Positions 12,791 through 25,892 are shown, counted from the stretch's first letter. The stretch: 64,000 bases of DNA from Chiloscyllium plagiosum (GCF_004010195.1 NC_057718.1:14239742-14303741), one strand, 5' to 3'. Notes: generated from the letters alone by a model not told the origin. Translations and numbers: made by a program.

Positions 12791-14039
12791 AAACTTTCTG
12801 CCTCTTATATCCAATTACTGTGACAAACTTTCCTCATCTTTTTCTAAAGTTGATTAACTGAGCCATCAGTTTGTGTATGTTTTAAGGCAACACTGGCCAA
12901 GGGACGGTGTGTGTGACAAGAAGGAAATGATTTTGGGACACTTCCAGAAAATTCCACAGTTGGGGTCAAGTTAGTCAACCCTTCGTTTCAGGTTGAAAGC
13001 GGATCTGGGCTGAACCTATTTACATTTCAAATTGTCGATCATGTTGAACTCGCGTCCAAAGAATTCAAAAATACCTTTTCACACAGCTATGCGTTACTCA
13101 GTTACTCAGTGCAGGAGGAAATGTCTTTGAGAAATTGCTGACATTTTTAAAAAAAATGGTTGTGATTTGAGCTTGTCAGTGGGAAGGCCAGTATTTGTTG
13201 CTCACCCCTAACTTGTTTTAATTCACTGGTGGGTAATTAGTATCAATAGCTGGGCCAGCATTTATTGCCCATCCCTAGTTGCCCTTGGCTTCAGTGCTGG
13301 GCATTTTTGTGGCACGAATATATTTGTCAGCCCAAGCCTTGATATTGTCCATGTCTTTCTGCATTTACATGTGGACTGTTTCAGTATCTGAGGAGTCAGA
13401 AATGGTATAATTGAATGTTGTGCAACTCCCTGAGCTCCATATTGCTTAATACTCTTTAAAAATAATTATCTTCCCTTCAAGCACCCAACTGATTCTCTCT
13501 ATATGTCCGAAAGGGAGAATATATTCCACATATTCAAGACCTTTAGAGTGTAGATATTTTACGGATTTTGTTTCTGTTTGATTCGGTATAAACTCTGAAA
13601 TAATGCCCACTCCTTTTGAATTCTCTGAGAATTTCTTTCATTATCTTAAACATTGGTGAGCTTTACTAGAGAGAACAAGTAAAATATAAATTTATATTGT
13701 GAGGAACATCCTTATGCAAGGCACAGTCTTTGACGGATGAATGGGCGACTTGACGGGTAAACTTTGACAAAGAAGCAAAATATCCCGTACAGAACACCAG
13801 CGGCAAGCGGAACCATGATAAAGTAGCCGGAGAAAGGAATGCCAGCGATTTCAAGGCTGAAGACCAATTCCATCTCCCGGAGATATCTGCCAGATATGTG
13901 GTCAGAGATATGGCTCTAGGATTGGGCTTCTCAGCCACTGCAGAGTTCATGACCAGCGACATGGAATTTCCGAGGTTAAGAGTTTGCCCATGGTGATGTG
14001 TACCGAATCTGGTACAACCTCACCCAGTTCTATATCCAG

Positions 14040-14360
14040 AAGCTTTTCTCACCTGTTCTAATGCATTCCTGACTAGTTACCTTGTCGCCACTCTTTGGAA
14101 ACTTGTGCCATCTGAAACTTAGATGCTCCTGTCATAACTGGCAGCAGGTCTTGTTCACCCACCATCTCTGCACTCCCAATTATCAACAGCTTAATGTTAA
14201 AATTCTCATTCTTATTTTCCAATTCCTCCCTTGCCCCTCCCTGTCTCCGCCATCTTCTCCGCCTCTGAGATACCGGTGCTGCTCCAGTTCTGACCTTTTG
14301 AACAGCCCTGATTTCAGTTACTCAGTCATTGAAATACCCTTCCTAAATCATGTTGCCTCT
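14040..14360 (+). mobile_element. Old L2-like LINE 3' fragment (similar piece at 24100-24290)
   Basis: Degenerate ttaaaattctcatt...cttgcccctccctgtctc segment typical of the L2 ORF2 C-terminus. Confidence 0.45.
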
Positions 14361-14454
14361 TTATTCTCCAGGATGCTCGGATCCCTCGCTGCCAACACAT
14401 GGCTTCTCTTTGGGGGTCACCATTTTGACTAGCTTGGTGTTAATCCATCCAATC

Positions 14455-14970
14455 AGATGTGACCTGATTGAAACCTACAAGGTTCTTAGGGGACTTGACA
14501 GGGTAGATGTGGAAAGGTTCTTTCCCCTGGTGGGGGCGGCGGGGAGTTTAGGACCAGACAGCATCATCTCAGAATAAGGGGTCATCCATTTAAGACAGAG
14601 ATAAGGAGGAATTCCTTCTCTCAGAGGGTCATGAATCTTTACGACAGATGGCTCTTGAAGCTCAGTCATGGAGTTACACAGCATGGAATCAGTCCATGCA
14701 GATCGTAATCCCAAACTAAACTAGTCCCACCTGCCTGTGCTTGGCCCCTATCCATCCCTCCAAATATTTCTTATTCATGTACTTATCCAAATAGCTTTAT
14801 AAACATTGTAAGATTATTCAAGGATGAGATAGACAGATGTTTAACCAGTAACGGAATCAAGGGTTATGGGGATAGGGCAGGAAAATGGATCAATCATGAT
14901 CTCATTCAATAGCAAAGCAGACTTGATGAGCTAAATGGCTTACTTCTGCTCCTATGTCTTATGACTTTTT
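14455..14970 (+). mobile_element. CR1 3' fragment with a nested opposite-strand CR1 3' end (about 14665-14810)
   Basis: RCDLIETYKVLRGLDRVDVERFFPLVG, then a 3' UTR interrupted by an inverted 3'-end piece. Confidence 0.8.
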
Positions 14971-15816
14971 CTCCTTCCTGATATCATATCTTCTCTCTCT
15001 CCACCAACCTTGCAGCTGTTTAATGCTTAGAATTTATCGATCACTTGCCCCCTTACTGTGTCCTTTTGTGGGATGGTGTCAAATTCAAGTTTGGCAGCTC
15101 TTTTGTGAAACATCTTAGAATGGGTTACTACATTGGACATGCTATTTAAATACAAGTTGTTGGTCATTTACCCCTACCCTTCTTCAGGTTTACCATTGAC
15201 AGAGGAGCTGTTCACTCCCTCTGAGGTCCCTGCCAGTGGGCGGGTTCTCTCCTCAATTTTAAAAGCTGTTTTGACCAAATTTTCATTCGTAAGGACTCCC
15301 AATTTCTGACTGGTGTCTGTTGGGGGGGTGGGAATTTACCCCGTGGAAGGTGTTGTATAAATATAATATATTGTTAGCTCCTGGAAATAACAGGAGTGGT
15401 TTTGTGGAAGATAAGAAAGCTGCATGGATGTTTCTCCTCCTTGATGTTTTCTCACGTTGTGAGACGTTGTAGTTCAGTCAGCGCTGACACAGAGGACTGT
15501 CATTTCAGTCTCTCCCTCTCTGCTTGAAGAGACACTATTACAGTATGGGTGCAGTCTTAAAGGGGTCGTGGATGTGTCAGTTTTAAAATTTGTGATTCAT
15601 GAACCCTCTTGGATGTAAAGATGTTGTTCAGTAACTTATCGTCTGTCAAGCCAGGATATCCCTTTGTTGCTCTTCTTTGAGGCTGTTCAGTTAGTAACTG
15701 CTTTAACCAGTCTTAAGTCAACCTCTTCTGAAACCGTTCCTCCTCAGGTTCAGTATTGACTCGTGCCTGACTACAGTCCTGACAGGACCTGTCAAATGCT
15801 TTGCCTGTTAAAGGTG

Positions 15817-16161
15817 TTAGAATCATAGAATCCCTACAATGGGGCCATTCAGCCCATTGAGTCCACACGACCCTTCGAAGAGCATCCCAGCCAGACCTCC
15901 CCCTCCCCACCCCCATCCTTGTAATTTTGTGTTTCCCATGGCTAACCCGCCTAGCCTGCACACCCCTGGACACTATGGTCAATTTAGCACAGCCAATCCA
16001 CCTAACCGACACATCTTTGGACTGTGAGAGAAAACCAGTGGAAACCGACATAGACACAGAGAGAATGTGCAAACTCCACACAGTCACCTGAGAGTGGAAT
16101 CGAACCCACGTCCCTGGCACTGTGAGGCAGCAGTGTGAACCACTGAGCCACCATGCTGCCC
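15817..16161 (-). mobile_element. Older HE1-type SINE, followed by a + strand CR1 3' end (16165-16430)
   Basis: A and B boxes and central domain as in the other copies, but more diverged. Confidence 0.85.
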
Positions 16162-17809
16162 TGGGGTCACAGTCTCAGAATATTTAGGACTGAGATGAGG
16201 AGAAAGTTCTTCTGTCAGAGGGTGGTGAGTCTTTGGAGTAATCTAAACAAAGGGCAGTCACTGAGTATATTCAAGACAGAGAAAGATAGATTTCTGGACA
16301 CGCAAGTCATCTGAGGATATGGAGATAGTGCAAGCAAGTGGCATTGAGGTAGATGATCAGCCCTCATCTAAAATAGCAAAGCAAGCTCAAGGGACCAAAA
16401 GACCTAGTCCTGCTCCTTACCCTCTTTATGTTTCTAGTAGAGGCCAGAATGATATGTGGGAGATCCCAAAGACTTGTAAGTGCGGTCTGGGGGTGCCACA
16501 GCCTATGTTACCTCACAACTTTCCTGCTGCTGTGCGGACATCCAAGGTCTGTGCCCGTCAGAAGCTTCCGGAACTGGAGTTCAATGTTCCTGCATGCCCT
16601 TCTCTGTACGCAGACTCTCCAAACGGGTAAGGGAACATGGGCCAGAGCCTATAGAACACGGGCCAGAGCCTATAAAACAGGCGCTGAGGGTGGGGGTGAA
16701 TGGTTGTTGTAAGGTGAGATGGTTACTGAGGGTAGTTGGAACCGTAACTGTGATTCCATGAGACACCCATAGCCCAGAAAGGGGCTGCCTCCCCAATTGC
16801 CCTGCCAGGGAGTTGCCAGGTTTCACTGGGCATGGGTAAAATAGCAACAAAGTTACGAAGAGGCCTTTAATTAGGTAGGCCTTGAGGTGGCATTTCCTAT
16901 AAAGGTCACTGACATCAATACCCTGGTGTTAACACTGCACGATTACCTCAGGTGAGCTAAAGGTAAAGGGTTGGAAATGAGATAACTCAAGAAACCATGG
17001 CTAGGTGAGACTAAACTTGTGATTAACTTAGTACAGCTTCTTTCAGGCACTCGACATGAAACCTAACGATTGCACCAGGTGTCTGGCGTTGCAGACATTA
17101 AGAATGCATAGGGTGTGACTTCAAACACCCCGAAATCTCCTTGAAGCTGGAAGGAAGTGAAACATATAATTAATGTGCCAGGAGGCAACTTTTTTGAATA
17201 CATGATGTGCTACTTTAAGCCTTGTGAGTTTCTTATGAAAGTGCGTCTACAAGCACAGTGTGTTTGGTGTTCAAGGAGTTGGGTACATCCATTTTAGACT
17301 GGGATATTTGGGGATTGTTGCCCTGGTCTCGGATAAAATCTAAACAATCTGGCATCAGTTTATGTGTGATGCTGCATGACACCCAGTAAAATGGGCAGCC
17401 AGCCTCTGTAGGCAATTGAATGGTGTGCCAACTCACATTGTGGGCAAGCTGCTTTACTGTGAATCACCTGTCATGTGCTGGGGCACTCTGTGTGCTTGCT
17501 GCCAATGTACAGTGTTGCCTCTCGAAAGGTGGCACATCTGATAGTCCACAAGCCATCACACGTGCATTGGAAGATGTTACTCACATCTCTGGATTGGGAC
17601 TTGAACCCACAGACCTCTGACTCACTGAGTTATGGCTGAAACCTGAGCAGTTTCTAATAGGTTCACTCCCTGGAAATACCCACTTTATGCTTGTGCATGT
17701 TTCAATATGAGTTTCTGAATGGTACATGATGCACTTGAATTCTCCTCTTAATAATGTCCATTACCGTTGGCTTAATTATTGAGTGGCCACTTACGTTTCT
17801 TCGAGTCAG

Positions 17810-17990
17810 ACAGTGTCCATGGAGAGAGAGAAAGCAAACGTTTTGAGTCCAGACGCCTCTTCATCAAAGTCATGTAGATTTGAAATGTTACCTTGCTCTC
17901 TCTCCATGGATGCTGTCTGACCCACTGTGATCTCCAGCATTTATTGTTTTTGGGTCAGATTCCAGCGTCTGCAGTAATTTGCTCCTGCAT
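17810..17990. mobile_element. Penelope-like terminal-repeat fold-back (family B)
   Basis: Inverted arms tccatggagagagagaaagcaaacg / gttaccttgctctctctccatgga, followed by ...ttccagcgtctgcagtaatttgc. Related to 57885-58118 and 26720-26790. Confidence 0.55.
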
Positions 17991-18076
17991 TTCGGTTTCT
18001 TGCTATGATCAATGGACAGCTGATGACAATGACTTACATTGTTCATTTGAAACTGATAACTGCCTCAAAGTGTGTT

Positions 18077-18078
<2 letters not shown>

Positions 18079-18126
<48 letters not shown>
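18079..18126. repeat. Perfect (AC)24 microsatellite, with a degenerate CA-rich tract at 18230-18510
   Basis: Read directly from the sequence. Confidence 0.97.
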
Positions 18127-18127
<1 letters not shown>

Positions 18128-18532
18128 ATGGACTCCAGCGGTTCAAGAAGGGTGAATGAGAGTGGGGATCAAATGCTGACTCGCTCAGCACTGCCCTCAT
18201 CTCATGAGACAATGAAACGAAAAGCATACTAAACATGGTCACATGCTCAACCAACATGCTCACACACACAAGTAACTTTATACAGACACATTCGAACATA
18301 CAAGTACATTCATGGAGACACTCAAAAGCCACACAGTACATTCACATAGACACACACTTAAACTCACAGAAGCACACTCACACGATCACATGGACTTGTA
18401 CTCACACACACATATGTTCATATGGACACTCTCAATCACAAGTACGCACTGAGAAGTAAACACACCCCCAAATATAATAACACACATGGACACACACACA
18501 GAAACACAACTGACAAAATATACTTAAATTGG

Positions 18533-18626
18533 TGTTGAAAATGTGTTGCTGGAAAAGCGCAGCAGGTCAGGCAGCATCCAAGGAACAGGAGAATCGACGT
18601 TTCGGGCATAAGCCCTTCTTCAGGAG
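18533..18626 (-). mobile_element. Penelope-like terminal repeat (family A) with intact hammerhead core. Other family-A pieces at 10165-10280, 19683-19815, 22160-22360, 36880-36960
   Basis: Minus strand: CTGAAGA-a-GGGC-ttat-GCCC-GAAA-CG-TC-gattc. Confidence 0.7.
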
Positions 18627-18955
18627 TATTGAACAGTGTATCTGCAGTTATTCTATGGAGTAACACTAACATTTCCAGAGTGTCAACTCAGACCCTAATA
18701 TTTTGAGAGCAGCCCATTTGTTAGTGAAATCTGACTTTGTTCCGTTATGTCGCCACAGCAGAATGAAATTATTAGATTACTTTACAGGGCATAAGCCCTT
18801 CTTCAGGAGTATTGAACAGTGTATCTGCAGTTATTCTATGGAGTAACACTAACATTTCCAGAGTGTCAACTCAGACCCTAATATTTTGAGAGCAGTCCAT
18901 TTGTTAGTGAAATCTGACTTTGTTCCGTTATGTCGCCACAGCAGAATGAAATTAT
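18604..18955. repeat. 169-bp direct duplication (18604-18772 and 18787-18955) with a 14-nt spacer
   Basis: The copies differ at one position I can see (cagcccat/cagtccat). Confidence 0.95.
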
Positions 18956-20157
18956 CTTTTGCCATTTTTGACAGCACCTAGTAATTTTGATGTGACTGAA
19001 GTCTCAGCTGATTTCTATCTTTGTGACTTACCAATTAAGTTTCCTCCAAAGCCCAAATGTATGATTTCTAAGAAGAATTTGATTTTGCCCCATCATTTGT
19101 GTCTTTGATAGGATGAGTCCCAGTTTGGAACTCAAGGTGCAGGGTGTGGGAAGGGGGAGGTGTTGGGTCATTATCAACAGCAACTTGGATTTACATAGTG
19201 GCTTTAGCTTGGGTAAATGTCTGAACACTTGTCAGAGGGGGGTATTCAGACTGGAATCAAGGGAAGGAAATGGGTGAACAGGAGCTCTGTCAAAGAGACA
19301 GGCTTTGGATAAGGGCCCTCAAAGGAGAAGAGAAGGCGACAGGGAAGAGGGAGGAATGTGGAGTGAAGGAATCTGAGGATTGAAGCCTCATGTTCCCTGT
19401 TGTCTCAGCGCGTTGGTCATTTCTGGCTGTACAGTTTGGTTTTGATAAGTACCTTGGGAGTTTTTGTTGTCTCCCTATGTCATTTTGTTGAGAGCGTTCA
19501 AAGGGACAAGGCCACCCTCTGTACGATGTCCCGGCTTAGCATTGGTTAAAGGAAATGGAACCAATCTGTCAATTACAACCAACAACACAAGGTGGTTACA
19601 GCATAGAAACAGGCTGTTCAGCCCATCCAATACCATGCTGGTGTTTATGCTTCATAAGGAGCTTCTTTCACTTCATCTTCACCCATTCCTGATGAAGAGC
19701 TTATGCCCGATATGTCGACTCTCCTGTTCCTCGGATGCTGCCTGACCGGCTGTGCTTTTCCAGCAACACACGTTTTGACTCTGATCTCCAGCATCCACAG
19801 TCCTCACTTTCTCCCTTCATCTCAATCCTGTCAAACAACCCCTACTGCTCCTTGCTACTGCATTGGTTCATCTTGCTTCTCTTAAATGCAGTGATGCTGT
19901 TCACCTCCTTTACTCTTTGTTGTGGCAAGTTCCGAGTTTTAATCATTCAGTGGATTAAAAAAAAAGCAATGCATTAACTTGCCTGAAGTAGTTGGAGGGA
20001 TTATTTAAAGTTGTAATGAAGTGTTAGAAACTCTGGGGCCATATATCTGTAGAACGTAGCTCTCTGCTGAGGTGCTTTGAGATGTTGGACTGAATCCTTC
20101 TTAGGCAACATTTTATATGGCTTTTTGCAGCAATGGATTTGATGGGCCAAAAGGTAT

Positions 20158-21277
20158 CATTCAGAAAGTTTGGAGGTATGGTATACAGGGAAATTTGGCT
20201 GTCTGAATACAGAATTGGCTGGCCGAAAGAAGACAGCGAGTGGTAATGAATGGAAAGTATTCTGCTTGGAGGTCTGTGACCAGTGGTGTTCTGCAGGGAT
20301 CTGTTCTTAGGCCTCTGCTCTTTGTAGTTTTCAGAAATGACTTGGATGAAGAAGTGGAAGGGTGGGTTAGTAAGTTTGCCGATGACACAAAGGTCAGTGG
20401 TGTTGTAGATAGTGCGAGGGCTGTTGCAGGCTACAACAAAACATTAATAGGATGCAGAGCTGGGCTGAGAAGTGGCAGATGGAGTTCAACCTGGATAAAT
20501 GCGAATTGATTCATTTTGGAAGGTCGAGCTTGAATGTTGAAGACAGGGTTAAAGAAAGGATTCATGGCAGCGTGGAGGAACAGCTGGATCTTGGGGTCCA
20601 CGTACATAGATCCCTCAAAGTTGCCACCCAAGTTGATAGGGTTGTTAAGAAGGAATCTGGTGTGTTGGCTTTCATTCGCCGAGGGATTGAGTTTAAGAAC
20701 CACGAGGTGTTGCTGCAGCTGTATAAAATCCTAGTTAGACCACATTTGGAATATTGTGTCCAGTTCTGGTCACCTCATTATAGGAAGGATGTAGATGCTT
20801 TAGACAGAGTGCAGAGGAGATTTACCAGGGTGCTGCCTGGACTTGAGAATGAAGAGAGGTTGAGTGAGCTAGGACTCTTCACACTGGAGAGAATTAGGAA
20901 GAGAGGTGAATTGATAGAGAGGTGTATAAGGTAATGAGAGGCATAGATAGAGTAGATAGCCAGAGACTTTTCCCCAGGGCAGAAATGGCTGTCACAAGGG
21001 GTCATAATTTTAAGGTGATTGGAGGAAAGTATAGGGGAAATGTCAAGGGTAGATTCTTTACACAGAGAGTGGCGGGTGCGTAAAATGCGCTGCCAGCAGT
21101 GGTAGCAGAGTCAGAGATATTAGGGACATTCAAACGACTGCTGGACAAGAACATGGACAGCAGTAAATTGAGGGAAGTGTAGGTTAGGTAGATCTTAGAT
21201 TAAGATTTACAAGGATGTTGACAGGGTTGGAGGATTTGAGCTATAGGGAGAGGCTGAACAGGCTGGGGCTGTTTTCC
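20158..21277 (+). mobile_element. CR1 LINE RT plus 3' region, with a second CR1 piece running into the gap
   Basis: WRSVTSGVLQGSVLRPLLF...VSKFADDTK; WAEKWQMEFNLDKC...LVRPHLEYCVQFWSPHYRKD; frameshifted. Confidence 0.93.
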
Positions 21278-21740
21278 NNNNNNNNNNNNNNNNNNNNNNN
21301 NNNNNNNNNNNNNNNNNNNNNNNNNNNNNNNNNNNNNNNNNNNNNNNNNNNNNNNNNNNNNNNNNNNNNNNNNNNNNNNNNNNNNNNNNNNNNNNNNNNN
21401 NNNNNNNNNNNNNNNNNNNNNNNNNNNNNNNNNNNNNNNNNNNNNNNNNNNNNNNNNNNNNNNNNNNNNNNNNNNNNNNNNNNNNNNNNNNNNNNNNNNN
21501 NNNNNNNNNNNNNNNNNNNNNNNNNNNNNNNNNNNNNNNNNNNNNNNNNNNNNNNNNNNNNNNNNNNNNNNNNNNNNNNNNNNNNNNNNNNNNNNNNNNN
21601 NNNNNNNNNNNNNNNNNNNNNNNNNNNNNNNNNNNNNNNNNNNNNNNNNNNNNNNNNNNNNNNNNNNNNNNNNNNNNNNNNNNNNNNNNNNNNNNNNNNN
21701 NNNNNNNNNNNNNNNNNNNNNNNNNNNNNNNNNNNNNNNN
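21278..21740. other. Assembly gap
   Basis: Run of N. Confidence 1.
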
Positions 21741-22714
21741 TGGGGTAAGGGGGCAGGGTGAACCCTGATGGGAGTTAGGGGGCAGGGTGAACCGTGTCGT
21801 TGGATTGAGAGACTGAATGAACTGAAGGAAGACCCTAAAGGGTGTGATTGTGTTCGAATGAAAGGAGTAAATGGCAGATTAAATCAGAGTCAGTGTCAGA
21901 CACACCCTCTGCAGCCCTGATTTGGATTCCAGGGTTGGAACACAAAGGTCAAAGCTGACACTCTAGTGCAGTACTGATTGAGTGCTGCACTGTCAGAGGT
22001 GCTAACTTTTGGCTGATACATTAAAACTGTCTGTCTACCGAACTGGGTGAGTAGAGAAGATCTCGTGGCATTACTTTGAGGAAGGTTGGGGAGTCCTCAA
22101 CAATGTCATTTTCTCCACAAGTAAGTGAGAGGCTTTGCATTGACACCAATTTGTTCAGGGTCGAGAGAATGGTGCTGGTAAAGCACAGGAGGTCAGGCAG
22201 CATCTGAGGAGCAAGAGAGTTGACTGAACTCTCATTCCCAATGAAGGGTTTTAGCCCAAAACATCGACTCTCCTGCTCCTCAGATGCTGCCTGACCTGCT
22301 GTGCTTTTCCAGCAACACACTGTCGACTCTAATCTCCAGCATTTGCAGTCCTCACTTTCACCAGTTTGATCGGGACTTGTATCGGGATTTAAGGGAGGTA
22401 GCTGGCTGACATCAGGTGAAGCGTGAGGAAAGCAGGAAGACAGAAGGATGTGCATTTATGTCGCACTTTTCATACAATGAAATACCTCTGAAGTGTTGTC
22501 ATGTAGGAGCCAAATTGTGCGTAGTATACTCTCAGAAACAGTAACATGATCATAAGACATCGGAGAAGTGGGACATTCAGCCCATTGACTCTGCCCTGAT
22601 ATTCAATGAGATCATTGTTGATCTAATCATCCTCACCTTCATTTTCCCGCCTTTTCTCCATAGTCCTTCATTCCCTTACTAATGAAAAATGTGTCTACCT
22701 TAGTCTTGAATGCC

Positions 22715-23035
22715 ATAGAGTACCTATAGTGTGGAAGCAGGCCATTCACCACACCAAGAGCACATTGACCCTCTGAAGTGCATCCCATCCATCCCTGTAA
22801 TCCTGCATTTCCCACGGCTAATCCACTAGCATGCACATCCTTGGACATTGTGGGCAATTTAGCATGGCCAACCCATGTAACCAGTACATTTTTGGTCTGT
22901 GAGAGGAAACTGGAGCACCCATAGAAACCCAGGCAGACATGGGGAGAATGTGTAAACTCCACGCAGACGGTCACCCAAGACTGGAATCGAACCCAGGTCC
23001 CTCTGCTGCGAGGCAGCTAGCCACTGTGCCGCCCC
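22715..23035 (-). mobile_element. Older HE1-type SINE nested in a minus-strand CR1 3' end (about 22550-23085)
   Basis: SINE central domain and B box; CR1 3' UTR sequence on both sides. Confidence 0.8.
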
Positions 23036-24373
23036 ATTATATACTTACTGACCCAGCCTCGTCAGCCCTCTGTGGTGAAGAATTAACCAAGTGACCTGTT
23101 TTAGTGATGTTGATGGACGGTTAAATAGAGCCATGGGATCTTCCACATCCAATTGAGAGAGCACACAGATTTAACATTCATCGAAAACACATGCAGTAAT
23201 ACTGCACTCCCTCAGCACTGCAGTGGAACATTGGATAATGTGCTCAGGCCTTGTGAAACCTGCCATCATAAAGAATTTCCATTTCCCTAAGGCTCTGTCC
23301 AGTAAAACAGGTATTAAAATAGCAACATTAGAAGCTGTCTAGGTTGAGCACTTGAACACCGGTCTTTGCAGATCTATGGCCGACTACATGACCATGAATA
23401 CAGCGCTTCTTTCTCAGCCACCTATTTAGTGGCTGCCCAGGCAGGATCAATTTACAAGGTCATGTCATCAACTCTTACCACTCTTTGGTCAGAATGTGTG
23501 TGGAAATAAGGAACCTCCACAGCAGCCTGGGAGGAGAGAAGGAGCGAGGACAAACCTACCCTGGTTACATTTTAGCTTCCCCTTTGAGAGAACCTTCGGA
23601 CTGGAACAACAAACAGGGCTCTTTGGGGCTGAACGTTGGAGAGAGAGTGTAAATTCCGTTGCATGAACTGCCCGACTTAATAACCGTCAGAAAACATAAT
23701 CAACTCCACACAATGATTTCTCTTTACTCGGCTTCACACCAAGTTGAAGGTATTTTAAACAGATTCACTGCAATGTAAGCACAGTGTTTCCCTCGAAGTT
23801 CGCCCCTGCGGCCTGTTCATTTACTGACCTGTATAATGAGTGTTCAGAACTCCTGCCCAGTGTTGACAGTAACAAACACTCTTGGAGACCTCACGAGTGT
23901 TTGAAAGGAAATCTCAACCACTGAGGAATTGTAATAAATTGGACCTGTTGGAAAAATCTCCTCAGATTTTTCTCCTCCTGAGAGAAACAAAGCATGGTTT
24001 TAGTGCAGAATAGGAGTTGGGCAGTGAGAGGCTGAGAGCTGAGTGCTGAACCCTCCCTCTGCCTGAAGCTGCATGAATTAAACTTGTGGACCAGATTTGT
24101 TGGCCCTTCCCTCCATCTCTGTTACCTCCTCCTGCTGCATTATCCTCCCAAGATCCTGGTGCAGTTCTTCCTAACTCTGGCCCCGTGTATATCCTCAATT
24201 TCCATCATCCTCCATCCGTAGTCATGCCTTCAGCCGTTCAGGCTGCAGAAGCAGACCTCTGTGTGTCTCTTTGCCATCTTTGAGAGATGGGCCAGGCTTT
24301 GCATAGCCATGAAAAGTAGCAGGTTTCCTCAGTCAGGGAGCCTTTTTGTATATACTCAGCAGACTAAAAAGAT

Positions 24374-24690
24374 GGGGCAACATGTTGGCTCAGTGGTTAG
24401 CACTGCTGCCTCACAGCACCAAGGACCCAGGTTTGATTCCAGCCTCAGGTGACTGTCTGTGTGGAGTTTGCATATTCTCCCCGTGTCTGTGTGGGTTTCC
24501 TCCAGGTGCACCAGTTTCCTTCCACAATCCAGAAGATGTGCAGGTCAGGTGAATTGGCCATGCTAAATTGCCCATAATGTTAGTTGCATCAGTCGGGATA
24601 AACATAGGGTAGGGGAATGGGTCTGGGTGGGTTACACTTTGGAGGGTTGGTTTGGGCCTGTTTCCATACTGTAGGGAATCTAATTCTAAA
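24374..24690 (+). mobile_element. HE1-type SINE
   Basis: A box tggctcagtgg (about 24386), B box ggtttgattcc (about 24430), central domain, tail gggaatctaattct. Confidence 0.9.
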
Positions 24691-25280
24691 AAAAAATTGT
24701 GAGATACATAAACAATGAAAAAAAAATTAAATAAAGTTGCGTTAAAGCAACAGGATGAAAACCATTTTTTAATGAAAGCATAAAATCTGTCGGCCCCATA
24801 AGCCAGTTGAACCTTTCTATTGACAAATCATTCCATATTCCTTAACGGGAACAGGAGCAAGCCATTCTGCTCAAAACCTGTACCGTCGCTGGATTAAATT
24901 GTGGCTGATTTCCTGGAACATCTCCTGTTACGGTCACATCTATTCTAAGTGACCGTCTCCTGCCTGCTTTCCCCACAGATCATTCACCTTCAGACCCTAT
25001 AGCATCAGAGAATGAAGACGGCACACAGTGAGGCCATTCAGGCTGTTACGTGGTTGTCATCTGCAAGAGCAAACAGCCAACCTTTTTCAAATAAGCCTGG
25101 ACATCTTTTTGTTTCTTATTATCCAGTTCTCTTTAGACCTCCGCAGTTGAATGTTAACTGTTCTCTGTGTAAATGCTTTCTCCTCACTTCAATTGTGCTT
25201 CTTCTTGTTAAATGATTCTCTGGTTCTTGTGCCTTTGTGTGTTGGTGCAGATTCTCCCTCTCTACTCTATCTGGACCCTC

Positions 25281-25630
25281 CCAACCCAACCGTCCCGTGG
25301 CTGAACACTTTAACGCCCCCTCCCACTCCACCAAGGACATGTAGGTCCTTGCCTCCTCCATCGCCAGACCAAGGCAACACAACGCCTGGAGGAAGAGCGC
25401 CTCATCTTCCGCCTAGGAACCCTCCAACCACACGGGCCCCTCCCCCAAGTCCCTCCTCCCTACCTTTTATCTTAGCCTGCTTGGCACACCTTCCTCATTC
25501 CTGAAGAAGGGCTTATTGCCTGAAACGTCGATTCTCCTGCTCCTTGGATGCTGCCTGACCTGCTGCGTTTTTCCAACAACACATTTTTCAGCTCTGATCT
25601 CCAGCATCTGCAGTCCTCACTCTCTCCTAC
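25281..25630 (+). mobile_element. Penelope-like element 3' end: GIY-YIG C-terminal remnant plus terminal repeat with hammerhead core
   Basis: PNRPVAEHFNAPSHSTKDM*V / LLHRQTKATQRLEEERLIFRLGTLQPHG, then CTGAAGA-a-gggc-ttatt-gcct-GAAA-CG-TC at 25501-25529. Confidence 0.8.
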
Positions 25631-25892
25631 CCTCCTGATTATCTCCATCCAATCTCCTCTCATTACTTTTCTTGTAAGGGCATCTTTAGATTTTTTTTGT
25701 TTGCTGGCTTGGAAAGCTGCAGAAAATGACACAAGAGTAACATCCCCTCATGGTTTTAAAAAAACTGTACGAATCATATAGTGAGATTACCCCCCACGTG
25801 ATTGAGCACTTCTGACCATGATCGTCTTTGCATTTCCGTTTGCCGGCAGATGAGTATGTCTTGAAAACTACCGACTGTAAAGCATGTCATCT

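Noticed and set aside
21215..21748. ORFs spanning N runs (also 30810-31563 and 61031-61741)
   Set aside because: Artefacts of assembly gaps.
24374..24445. tRNA-like sequences with A and B boxes
   Set aside because: They are SINE heads continuous with SINE bodies, not standalone tRNA genes.
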